A stretch of 64,000 bases of DNA from Roseburia sp. (lineage in GTDB: Bacteria > Bacillota > Clostridia > Lachnospirales > Lachnospiraceae): NCBI GenBank assembly GCA_051879315.1, contig JBJELW010000066.1, positions 99-64,098 of the forward strand, read 5' to 3'. Position numbers and translations under genes: made by a program. The notes below the pieces were generated by a model. The model worked only from the letters and a program-made list of their open reading frames with translations. It did no database searches and had not been told where the DNA came from. This document shows, in pieces, positions 1-8,085 of the stretch; the first letter of the stretch is position 1; every line of letters starts with the position of its first letter.

Positions 1-9
1 CAGTTTCAT
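1..9 (-). CDS. possible 5' end (MKL...) of a minus-strand gene running off the window
   Basis: ATG at 9-7 with AGAGGGA RBS-like sequence (24-18) and TATAAT (48-43) on the minus strand; only 3 codons visible. Confidence 0.3.
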
Positions 10-55
10 TTCATAAATCCCTCTGAAGTATTACAAGATTTTATTATAGCCCCCG

Positions 56-84
56 CACCAAATCCTCCGGTCAGGCATAGGATA
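56..84 (+). promoter_or_regulatory. SigK-type mother-cell promoter of cotJ operon
   Basis: CACC-N16-CATAGGATA matches mACm-N16-CATAnnnTA. Confidence 0.65.
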
Positions 85-113
85 GTTATGTATAACAGGA
101 AAAGAGGTTTTGT

Positions 114-329
114 ATGAATAATTGTAATTGCAATGCATATAATAATCCTTCGTCTATGCAGATGCCTCGCCGCAAACACCCGTCCTGCAACCAGGAGCTG
201 GCCATGGCCTATGTTCCATTCCAGAATTTCGAAAAACTGTATGAATTGGACCAGGGTTTTGAAAGAGGAACCATCTTTCAGGAATTAGATAAACCCTTCC
301 GGGGTTTTAAAGGAGGTTGCTCATGCTGA
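114..329 (+). CDS. cotJA: spore coat associated protein CotJA
   Basis: LAMAYVPFQ...GTIFQELDKPF motif; precedes cotJB/C. Confidence 0.9.
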   Translation: MNNCNCNAYNNPSSMQMPRRKHPSCNQELAMAYVPFQNFEKLYELDQGFERGTIFQELDKPFRGFKGGCSC

Positions 330-589
330 ATATGCCCATGAATCAGAATCAGTTGTTGCGTTGGATTGATCAGGTCAGCTTTGCGCTGGTAGACACGATG
401 CTTTATTTGGATACGCATCCCAACGATGAAGATGCGTTAAACTATTACAGACATCACGCCGCTATGCGAAAAAAGGCGATGAAAATGTACGAAGATCAAT
501 ACGGTCCTCTGACTGCCGCATCTGCGCCCACCGGGGATCATTGGGACTGGGTGACCCAGCCTTGGCCATGGGAAGGAGGATGTAAATAA
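323..589 (+). CDS. cotJB: spore coat protein CotJB
   Basis: LYLDTHP...YGPL...W.W...PWPWE; RBS AAAGGAGG before ATG 323. Confidence 0.9.
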   Translation: MLNMPMNQNQLLRWIDQVSFALVDTMLYLDTHPNDEDALNYYRHHAAMRKKAMKMYEDQYGPLTAASAPTGDHWDWVTQPWPWEGGCK

Positions 590-1200
590 TGTGGAATTAT
601 GAAAAGAGATTGCAGTACCCCATAAATATCAAAGAAACCAACCCGAAGCTGGCTCTGTTGATCATTTCCCAGTATGGTGGACCGGATGGTGAACTGGGAG
701 CCTCTATGCGATATCTGTCCCAAAGATACAGCATTCCCTACCGGGAGGTAGCCGGACTTTTGACTGATATTGGCACTGAGGAACTAGCGCATCTTGAGAT
801 GGTTTCCACTATGGTGCACCAGCTCACCAGAGGTCTCACCCCGGAGGAAATCCAGGCTTCCGGTTTTGCACCTTACTATGTGGATCATACGCTGGCTGTC
901 TGGCCCCAGGCGGCGGGTGGCGTTCCCTTCAACGCCTGCCAGTTCCAGTCCAAGGGAGATCCCATCACCGATCTGGTAGAAGATATGGCTGCAGAACAGA
1001 AAGCCCGTACCACCTACGACAACCTGCTCCGTGTCATTAAAGATCCCGATGTGGCAGATCCGCTGCGTTTCCTTCGCGCCAGAGAGATTGTTCATTTCCA
1101 GCGCTTTGGTGAGGCACTGCGTATTGTACAGGAGCACCTTGACTCCAAAAACTTTTATATGTGCAACCCGGCCATCGACCAGAACTGCGGCTGCAAATAA
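589..1200 (+). CDS. cotJC: spore coat protein CotJC, manganese catalase family
   Basis: MWNYEKRLQYP, GPDGELGA, GTEELAHLE, REIVHFQRF. Confidence 0.95.
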   Translation: MWNYEKRLQYPINIKETNPKLALLIISQYGGPDGELGASMRYLSQRYSIPYREVAGLLTDIGTEELAHLEMVSTMVHQLTRGLTPEEIQASGFAPYYVDHTLAVWPQAAGGVPFNACQFQSKGDPITDLVEDMAAEQKARTTYDNLLRVIKDPDVADPLRFLRAREIVHFQRFGEALRIVQEHLDSKNFYMCNPAIDQNCGCK

Positions 1201-1225
1201 ACTCTACGACTTAATCAGTCGTTCC

Positions 1226-1279
1226 ACGGAATTGAGGATTTCCCGGACCTCCGGGATTTCTTCAATTCCGTTTTCTTTT
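1226..1279 (+). terminator. intrinsic terminator of cotJ operon
   Basis: long imperfect stem ACGGAATTGAGGA..TCCCGG/CCGGGA..TCTTCAATTCCGT followed by T tract. Confidence 0.7.
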
Positions 1280-1393
1280 GTAATTAAACAAATGGAACAT
1301 GTCTATCACCACTCGTTATTTTTCAACATATACAAAGTATGTACTTGAAGTCCATTTTAGGTTATAGTAGGAAGTAGCTCGTACATTCTTCCC

Positions 1394-1579
1394 TTGATGG
1401 GTAATTTCATTTTTATTGGAATATTGGCAATTGTGATTCTAAAACTATTCCGGATCGAGTATAAGGTTGGCTTTACAAGAGCCGGTTTGGGACAAGGTCT
1501 TAAAAGGTATGCTTTGCCGGGAGTTATAGCAGGTATTGGAATATTACGAAAAAGGAGGAAGAGCCGGATTGTAGTGTGA
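1394..1579 (+). pseudogene. short hydrophobic fragment, possibly a truncated membrane protein (CPBP/Abi-like N-terminus)
   Basis: 61-aa hydrophobic ORF, TTG start with no clear RBS, AT-rich context. Confidence 0.3.
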
Positions 1580-1634
1580 GCAGTTTAACGGAGCTAAAGG
1601 GACACCTCGTGCCAAGAGATAAGGAGCAAGGAAA

Positions 1635-2086
1635 ATGAGATTTGAATATACAGATGGGCGAAATAAAGATTTTATTGAATTGTGCCATGGGTTAGATCAC
1701 TTTCTAAATGAACTTGTAGGGGGAGAAGAAAATCGGGCAGAATATGTTGCATATAACACACTGGAAGATATTCATGATGTAATTCTGGTGTATGATAACA
1801 ATCTTCCCGTCGGATGTGTCAGTTTCAAAAAATATGATGATGAATGTGCTGAAGTGAAGAGAGTTTTTATAAAAAAGAATATCGAGGTAGAGGAATTTCT
1901 AATAAACTGATGGAATTGTTAGAAGAAGCGGCAAGGAAAAAAGGTTACAGTTATTTCATATTGGAATCTGGAGAACCGCTTATTGCGGCAATGGCATTGT
2001 ATCGAAAAATCGGATATGAGGTCATCCCAAATTATGGTCCATGTAAGGATATGGCAGATTCTGTGTGTATGAGAAAGAGACTATAA
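1635..2086 (+). pseudogene. GNAT N-acetyltransferase split by a -1 frameshift at A6G (1871-1877)
   Basis: frame 0 gives ...AEVKRVFIKK; -1 frame continues EYRGRGISNKLMELLE...AMALYRKIGY...SVCMRKRL* (acetyl-CoA motif RGRG). Confidence 0.85.
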
Positions 2087-2168
2087 TTTTCTTATTCACC
2101 GAACTGATAAAGTCCTTGCTCGATTTAAGTTTTTGGCAGAGATGGAACGGGAGTCGTCGTAGAGAGAA

Positions 2169-2478
2169 GCGGGGCATAGGAAGAGAAAATGTGACTGCCA
2201 TGCCCCGCACAGAGGGACAGAAGGAGCCAAAGAGGTAGAAAAGCGGGGCATAGGAGGAGAAAATGAGCTCCTATGCCCCGCGCAGAGGAAAAGAAGAGCC
2301 AAAGAGAGAGGCAGGCGGGGCATAGGAGGAGAAAATGTGGCTGCCATGCCCCGCGCAGAGGAAAAGAAGAGCCAAAGAGAGAGACAAGCGGGGCATAGGA
2401 AGAGAAAATGTGGCTGCCATGCCCCGCACAGAGGGACAGAAGGAGCCAAAGAGATAGGCAGGCGGGGCACGAGCCCCC
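2169..2478. repeat. tandem array of 72-74-bp units each holding a GCGGGGCAT...ATGCCCCGC hairpin (4 full units plus 1 partial)
   Basis: unit starts at 2169, 2243, 2315, 2388, 2462; unit 2 has a perfect 14-bp stem. Confidence 0.95.
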
Positions 2479-2535
2479 ATATTTTCAGAAACATTATCCT
2501 TAGCCACATTTTACAGAAAACACAAGTCCCAGGGC

Positions 2536-2564
2536 TTGTTTTTGAAAAGATGGTGTGTTAGATT
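2536..2564 (+). promoter_or_regulatory. putative SigA promoter of hydrogenase
   Basis: TTGTTT-N17-TAGATT with TG extended -10. Confidence 0.4.
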
Positions 2565-2632
2565 AAAAGGCAGAGAATTTTTTCAATACCCTTTTAATGA
2601 TAGTGTCAATTTAAAACCACAGGAGGAAATTT

Positions 2633-4144
2633 ATGAGAGGTTTACGAACACCGGTATCAGAGATCAGAAGCAAGATTTTTACGGAAGTCGCAAAGCTTGC
2701 GTATGAAGGAGATTATAGTAACCTCAATGATGCGGTGGAGGAGATTCCATATACGGTGTGCCCCGGAGATGTGCCCCATCACAGGGAAAGCATTTATCGG
2801 GAGCGGGCCATCTGTGCGGAACGGGTACGGTTGGCCATGGGTATGTCGCTTAGACCTCAGGACAAGCCGGTGCACGTAACCAGCGGGTTGGAAGAGAGTA
2901 ATGTGGCGGAGAAATATTATGAGCCACCTCTCATGCAGGTGATACCATCTGCCTGTAACCTTTGCGAAGAAAAGAAGTTTGAAGTATCCAATATGTGCCA
3001 GGGGTGTGTGGCACATCCTTGTATGGAAGTGTGTCCCAGAGGGGCTATCTCCCACGATAAGACAGGAAAGTCCATCATTGATCAGGAGAAGTGCATCAAG
3101 TGCGGACGCTGTAAGGATATCTGCCCTTACGATGCCATTGCAAAAAAGGAGCGTCCCTGTTCCAAGGCATGTGGGATCGGAGCCATCGGAACGGATGAGT
3201 ATGGCAGGGCAAAAATAGATTCTGAAAAATGTGTTTCCTGTGGTATGTGTATGGTGAGCTGTCCCTTTGGTGCCATTGCGGACAAGTCCCAGATCTTCCA
3301 GCTGATCCGCTGTATGAAACTGGGTGGGGAAGTAATCGCTGAGATCGCGCCGGCTTTTGTGGGACAGTTCGGCGAAGATGCCACACCCCGAAGAGTGAAG
3401 GCGGCGCTATTGGAATTAGGGTTTTCCGAAGTGGTGGAGGTTGCATTGGGCGCAGATATCGGTGCGGTGGCAGAGGCACACCACTATGTACATCATGTGG
3501 CAAATGGGGAATTGCCGTTTCTCTTGACCTCCTGCTGTCCTTCCTGGTCCATGTTGGCAAAGACCCAGTTCCCGGAGATTATTGACAGCGTGTCTGCGGA
3601 GCTGACTCCTATGGTGGCAACCGCCCGCAGTATCAAAAAAGAACATCCCAATGCCAAGGTGGTATTTATCGGACCCTGTGCGGCCAAAAAACTGGAGGCC
3701 AGCCGCAGAACCGTGCGAAGTGATGTGGATTTTGTTATCACCTTTGAAGAGCTGGATGCCATGTTTGCGGCAAAGGGCATTGATCCCAGAAATACGGAGG
3801 GAGACAGTTCCATGCATGATGCCACTGCAGCCGGACGAGGCTATGCTTATGCAGGCGGTGTGGCGGATGCCATCGAGAAATGTATTCACGAGTACTATCC
3901 GGATATTGAGGTCAAAATCGAACATGCGGAAGGGCTTGCGGAATGTAAAAAGATGCTGATGCTGGCAAAGGCAGGGAAAAAGCAGGGATGCCTCATCGAG
4001 GGCATGGGATGCCCGGGTGGTTGCGTGGCAGGAGCCGGCACCATTTTGCCAATCAATAAAGCAAAGGCCGAGGTAAGTAAATTGCAAAAGGTTTCCACAA
4101 AGCAGTTGCCGCCCAAGGAACTGCGGGAAATTGAGTTGAATTAA
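2633..4144 (+). CDS. monomeric [FeFe]-hydrogenase, group B type, with N-terminal 4Fe-4S domains
   Basis: H-cluster motifs TSCCPSW, GPCAAKKLE, EGMGCPGGC; several CxxCxxCxxxCP motifs. Confidence 0.9.
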   Translation: MRGLRTPVSEIRSKIFTEVAKLAYEGDYSNLNDAVEEIPYTVCPGDVPHHRESIYRERAICAERVRLAMGMSLRPQDKPVHVTSGLEESNVAEKYYEPPLMQVIPSACNLCEEKKFEVSNMCQGCVAHPCMEVCPRGAISHDKTGKSIIDQEKCIKCGRCKDICPYDAIAKKERPCSKACGIGAIGTDEYGRAKIDSEKCVSCGMCMVSCPFGAIADKSQIFQLIRCMKLGGEVIAEIAPAFVGQFGEDATPRRVKAALLELGFSEVVEVALGADIGAVAEAHHYVHHVANGELPFLLTSCCPSWSMLAKTQFPEIIDSVSAELTPMVATARSIKKEHPNAKVVFIGPCAAKKLEASRRTVRSDVDFVITFEELDAMFAAKGIDPRNTEGDSSMHDATAAGRGYAYAGGVADAIEKCIHEYYPDIEVKIEHAEGLAECKKMLMLAKAGKKQGCLIEGMGCPGGCVAGAGTILPINKAKAEVSKLQKVSTKQLPPKELREIELN

Positions 4145-4168
4145 TAAATAGAAAGTAGGTTAAAAAAC

Positions 4169-5620
4169 ATGAGTAAGATTAGAACAAGATTTGCACCCAG
4201 TCCCACGGGAAGAATGCATGTGGGAAATCTGCGTACTGCGCTGTATGCATATCTGATTGCCAAGCATGAGGGCGGAGATTTTATTTTCCGTATCGAGGAT
4301 ACCGATCAGGAGCGCTATGTAGAAGGAGCAGTGGATATCATTTACCGCACCATGGAGGAGACCGGCCTGATCTATGACGAGGGACCGGACAAGGATGGCG
4401 GCGTAGGCCCTTATGTACAGAGTGAGCGTATGGCAAAGGGAATCTACTTAGAATATGCAAAAAAACTCATTGAGAAGGGTGAAGCATATTATTGTTTCTG
4501 TGACAAGGAGAGACTGGAAAGCCTGAAAACCACAGTGGCGGGAAAGGAAATCACCATCTACGACAAGCATTGTCTCCATTTGTCCAAGGAGGAAGTGGAG
4601 GAGAAGCTGGCTGCCGGTGTTCCTTATGTCATCCGCCAGAATAATCCCACCGAGGGAACTACCACTTTTGTGGATGAGATTTATGGAGATATCACAGTGG
4701 ATAATGCCGAGCTGGATGATATGATTCTGATCAAATCCGACGGTTATCCCACATACAATTTTGCCAATGTGGTGGATGACCATTTGATGGGAATCACCCA
4801 TGTGGTGAGAGGAAATGAGTATCTGTCCTCCTCCCCGAAGTACAATCGTCTCTATGAGGCTTTCGGTTGGGAAGTGCCGGTGTATGTACATTGTCCGCTG
4901 ATTACGGACGAGTCTCACCAGAAGCTGTCCAAGCGCTGCGGTCATTCCTCCTTTGAGGATCTGATCGAGCAGGGATTTCTCACGGAAGCAGTGGTGAATT
5001 TTGTGGCATTGCTGGGATGGTCTCCGGCAGACAATCAGGAGATCATGAGCCTGCAGGAGCTGATTGAGAAGTTCGATTATCATCATATGAGCAAATCTCC
5101 CGCAGTGTTTGATTTTACCAAGCTGAAGTGGATGAATGGCGAATATATCAAGGCTATGGATTTTGATGCTTTCTATGAGAAGGCCGAGCCTTATATTAAG
5201 GCAGTGATCACCAAGGATTATGATTTGAAAAAGATTGCCCAGATGGTGAAGACCCGAATCGAAGTGTTCCCGGATATTGCAGGACATATCGACTTCTTTG
5301 AGGAACTTCCGGATTACGACACCGCCATGTACTGTCATAAAAAGATGAAGACAACGGAGGAAACATCCCTCGAAGTGTTGCAGGAGATTTTGCCGATTTT
5401 GGAGGCACAGGAGGATTACTCAAACGATGCCCTGTACCAGACCATTGTATCCTTCGTGGAGAAAAAGGGTTGTAAAAATGGATATGTGCTGTGGCCGATC
5501 CGTACCGCAGTGTCTGGAAAACAGATGACCCCTGCCGGTGGAACCGAGATTATGGAAGTGTTAGGAAAGGAAGAGTCCTTGAGACGAATCCGTATCGGAA
5601 TTGAGAAATTATCCAAGTAA
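4169..5620 (+). CDS. gltX: glutamate--tRNA ligase
   Basis: [25 protein letters not shown]. Confidence 0.97.
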   Translation: MSKIRTRFAPSPTGRMHVGNLRTALYAYLIAKHEGGDFIFRIEDTDQERYVEGAVDIIYRTMEETGLIYDEGPDKDGGVGPYVQSERMAKGIYLEYAKKLIEKGEAYYCFCDKERLESLKTTVAGKEITIYDKHCLHLSKEEVEEKLAAGVPYVIRQNNPTEGTTTFVDEIYGDITVDNAELDDMILIKSDGYPTYNFANVVDDHLMGITHVVRGNEYLSSSPKYNRLYEAFGWEVPVYVHCPLITDESHQKLSKRCGHSSFEDLIEQGFLTEAVVNFVALLGWSPADNQEIMSLQELIEKFDYHHMSKSPAVFDFTKLKWMNGEYIKAMDFDAFYEKAEPYIKAVITKDYDLKKIAQMVKTRIEVFPDIAGHIDFFEELPDYDTAMYCHKKMKTTEETSLEVLQEILPILEAQEDYSNDALYQTIVSFVEKKGCKNGYVLWPIRTAVSGKQMTPAGGTEIMEVLGKEESLRRIRIGIEKLSK

Positions 5621-5638
5621 TGTCTTTTGAGGAAATCT

Positions 5639-7468
5639 ATGCAGTTTAATGAATCACAAAAGGAAGCAATCTGCTTTCAGAATGGGCCCTGCCTTACTCT
5701 GGCGGGGCCGGGTTCTGGCAAAACCGCCGTACTTACCCATCGTGTAAAACATTTAATTGAATATGGAAATGTAGATCCTTCGGAGGTTCTGGTGGTGACT
5801 TTTACTAAGGCGGCTGCAATGGAAATGAAACAGCGTTTTTTGCAGCTTGCCAAGGCAAAGACAACCGCTGTGACCTTTGGGACTTTTCATGCGGTCTTCT
5901 TCATGATCCTAAAGCATGCCTATCATTATCAGGCAGAAAATATCATCCGGGAGGAGCAGAAGTTTGGACTGATCCGAAATTTGATCCGCAAGTATCATCT
6001 GGAGTATGAGGATGAGAAGGAGTATATCGGAAATATTTTGTCTGAGATCAGCAATGTGAAAAATTCCAATGTGGAGTTGGAACATTACTATGCAAAAAAC
6101 TGTGGGGAAGAGGAGTTCCGGAAACTCTACCGGGATTATCAGAACACACTGTATCGTCACAGGCTGCTGGATTTTGATGATATGCTGGTGTACACCTATG
6201 AGCTGTTTCGGGAGAGAAAGGACATTCTGGCACTTTGGCAGAAAAAGTACCGCTATATCCTCATCGATGAGTTTCAGGATATCAATTCCCTTCAGTATGC
6301 CATTGTGCGGATGCTGGCGGAACCGGAAAACAATCTGTTTATTGTGGGGGATGACGACCAGTCCATCTACCGGTTCCGTCAGGCCAGACCGGAGATCATG
6401 CTGCACTTTCAGGATGACTACCCCGGAGCCAAAAGAATCCTTTTGAATGTGAATTATCGTTCAGATGGAGCCATCGTAGAAGCTGCGGGACGGTTGATCG
6501 CCAACAATAAAGTGCGTTTTCCTAAGGAGATACAGGCCTTTCACAAAGCAAAGAAACCGCCAATTATACAGAAGTTTCCGGATAACCGGAAAGAGAATGA
6601 GGCGTTGATCCATGCGCTACAGGAATACCGGGCTGCCGGCGGTTCTCTGGGGGACGTGGCGGTGCTTTCCCGCACCAATACCCAGGCGGGCCTGTTGATG
6701 CAGCAGCTGGGCGAATACAACATTCCTTTTTGGACCAAAGAGCGGGTCCCGAATATCTATGATCACTGGATTGTGAAGGATTTGGAGGCATATTTGCGGA
6801 TTGCTGCAGGCAGCAGAAGCCGGGCAGATTTTCTGCAGATTATGAACCGTCCCAACCGCTATATTGGACGGGACAGCCTGGATGAGGAGACGGTGGCCTT
6901 TGATGTGTGGGCGGGGATTTACGAACAGATGGAACAGCCATGGATTGCCCGGCGGATCGACCGGCTGGCCTACGATATCAAAATGCTGTCCGGCATGAAA
7001 CCATTTGCAGCCATAAATTATATCCGCAAGGGAATCGGATATGAGGACTATCTGAAGGAATATGCCATGAAGCGGGGAATTTCTCAGGAAGAACTTCTGG
7101 ATGTGCTGGAGGAAATCAGTGGAATGGTAAAAGAGTACGCTTCCTTTGAGGAGTGGCAGAAACAAAAAAAGGAATATCTTATGCGGTTAGAGCATGCGGC
7201 CAGCCAAAACCGTGCAGAGGAGGATCAGCTTTCCTTAATGACGCTGCATGCCTCCAAGGGATTGGAATATGACGTGGTATTTATTCTGGATGTGAATGAG
7301 GGGCTGATGCCCTATAAGAAAGCGGTACTTCCGGATGAAGTGGAGGAGGAACGCAGAATGTTTTACGTAGGGATGACCCGGGCCAGAAAGCAGTTGTATC
7401 TTTTCTATGTGGAAAAACGCAATAACCATAGCATGGATCCTTCGCGATTTCTGACGGAGTTGACCTGA
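5639..7468 (+). CDS. UvrD/PcrA-family ATP-dependent helicase
   Basis: AGPGSGKT, DEFQD, VGDDDQSIYRFR, TLHASKGLE, EERRMFYVGMTRA; ATG 5639 after GAGG. Confidence 0.92.
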   Translation: MQFNESQKEAICFQNGPCLTLAGPGSGKTAVLTHRVKHLIEYGNVDPSEVLVVTFTKAAAMEMKQRFLQLAKAKTTAVTFGTFHAVFFMILKHAYHYQAENIIREEQKFGLIRNLIRKYHLEYEDEKEYIGNILSEISNVKNSNVELEHYYAKNCGEEEFRKLYRDYQNTLYRHRLLDFDDMLVYTYELFRERKDILALWQKKYRYILIDEFQDINSLQYAIVRMLAEPENNLFIVGDDDQSIYRFRQARPEIMLHFQDDYPGAKRILLNVNYRSDGAIVEAAGRLIANNKVRFPKEIQAFHKAKKPPIIQKFPDNRKENEALIHALQEYRAAGGSLGDVAVLSRTNTQAGLLMQQLGEYNIPFWTKERVPNIYDHWIVKDLEAYLRIAAGSRSRADFLQIMNRPNRYIGRDSLDEETVAFDVWAGIYEQMEQPWIARRIDRLAYDIKMLSGMKPFAAINYIRKGIGYEDYLKEYAMKRGISQEELLDVLEEISGMVKEYASFEEWQKQKKEYLMRLEHAASQNRAEEDQLSLMTLHASKGLEYDVVFILDVNEGLMPYKKAVLPDEVEEERRMFYVGMTRARKQLYLFYVEKRNNHSMDPSRFLTELT

Positions 7469-7494
7469 GACTAAAAAGGACCGTCCCCGCGTCA

Positions 7495-7534
7495 CATCAA
7501 AAAGGAGATGGCAGGGATTAATCTGCCATCTCCT
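7495..7534 (-). terminator. intrinsic terminator overlapping the DUF1292 stop codon
   Basis: 12-bp stem AGGAGATGGCAG/CTGCCATCTCCT followed by T run on minus strand. Confidence 0.75.
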
Positions 7535-7835
7535 CAAATTCTGCCTCATCCAGCAGTTCATCAAAACGATCTGCCACAGCCTCGTATTCCTCGTCGGAAA
7601 GGATATTTTCCAGGGAAGGTTCCCCCTGTTCATCCTCAAAGTAGCGATAGATATAAACCTCGCCTTCTGCGTTATCCTGTCCCTTCTCATCCAGCGGAAG
7701 CAGTGCAATGTAATCCTGGTCATCCACCTCAAAAATGGTGAGAATCCGGCATTCCACATCGTTGCCATCGTCCAGATTTAAGGTTACCATAATGTCTTCT
7801 TCATCGCTCAACTGTTTTTCTTTTCCCATAGCCAT
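7518..7835 (-). CDS. DUF1292 family acidic protein
   Basis: small, very acidic; ECRILTIFEV..QDYIALLP..DEEYEAV..F pattern. Confidence 0.85.
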   Translation of the reverse strand: MAMGKEKQLSDEEDIMVTLNLDDGNDVECRILTIFEVDDQDYIALLPLDEKGQDNAEGEVYIYRYFEDEQGEPSLENILSDEEYEAVADRFDELLDEAEFEEMAD

Positions 7836-7892
7836 ACCTCTTTCCTAGAATAAATGTACCTTTTTTGACACAGGAATCCATATAATGCTATC

Positions 7893-7922
7893 ATTATAAA
7901 TAAGTTGCGAATGGCTTGTCAA
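7893..7922 (-). promoter_or_regulatory. SigA promoter of DUF1292 gene
   Basis: TTGACA-N18-TATAAT on minus strand. Confidence 0.75.
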
Positions 7923-7942
7923 TCATTTCATAGGAATAAATA

Positions 7943-7972
7943 TTGTGCGGAAGTGGGGGGATGTGCTATAAT
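7943..7972 (+). promoter_or_regulatory. SigA promoter of glgX-like/DUF5662/trpS unit
   Basis: TTGTGC-N18-TATAAT with TG extended -10. Confidence 0.7.
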
Positions 7973-7980
7973 TTCCCCTA

Positions 7981-8061
7981 GGACTTGTCTCAGAGCAGTG
8001 TAAAGGTTGACCTGAAGAGGGTTTCTGTGAAACCGGGAAGAGTCACGGGGTCAGCACAAGT
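7981..8061 (+). ncRNA. candidate structured 5' leader RNA, family not recognised
   Basis: stems ACUUGU/ACAAGU, UUGACCU/GGGUCAG, GGUUUC/GAAACC starting at the predicted TSS. Confidence 0.45.
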
Positions 8062-8085
8062 AAGTAAATGGTTTAGGAGTAGAGT

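Noticed and set aside
2169-2478. CRISPR array
   Set aside because: the would-be spacers are near-copies of each other, the repeats vary internally, and there are no cas genes in the window
2022-2561. ORFs spanning the repeat array
   Set aside because: repetitive translations on both strands, by-products of the repeat, with no recognisable domain
7865-7886. plus-strand TTGACA...TATAAT promoter
   Set aside because: spacer is only 10 nt
7982-8044. canonical hammerhead ribozyme
   Set aside because: CUGAAGA is present, but the fold needs four deviations (GGAA for GAAA, a G-G at the stem II base, two bulges); kept only as an unknown structured leader
7981-8085. T-box riboswitch for trpS
   Set aside because: no UGGNACC T-box bulge or terminator, and too short
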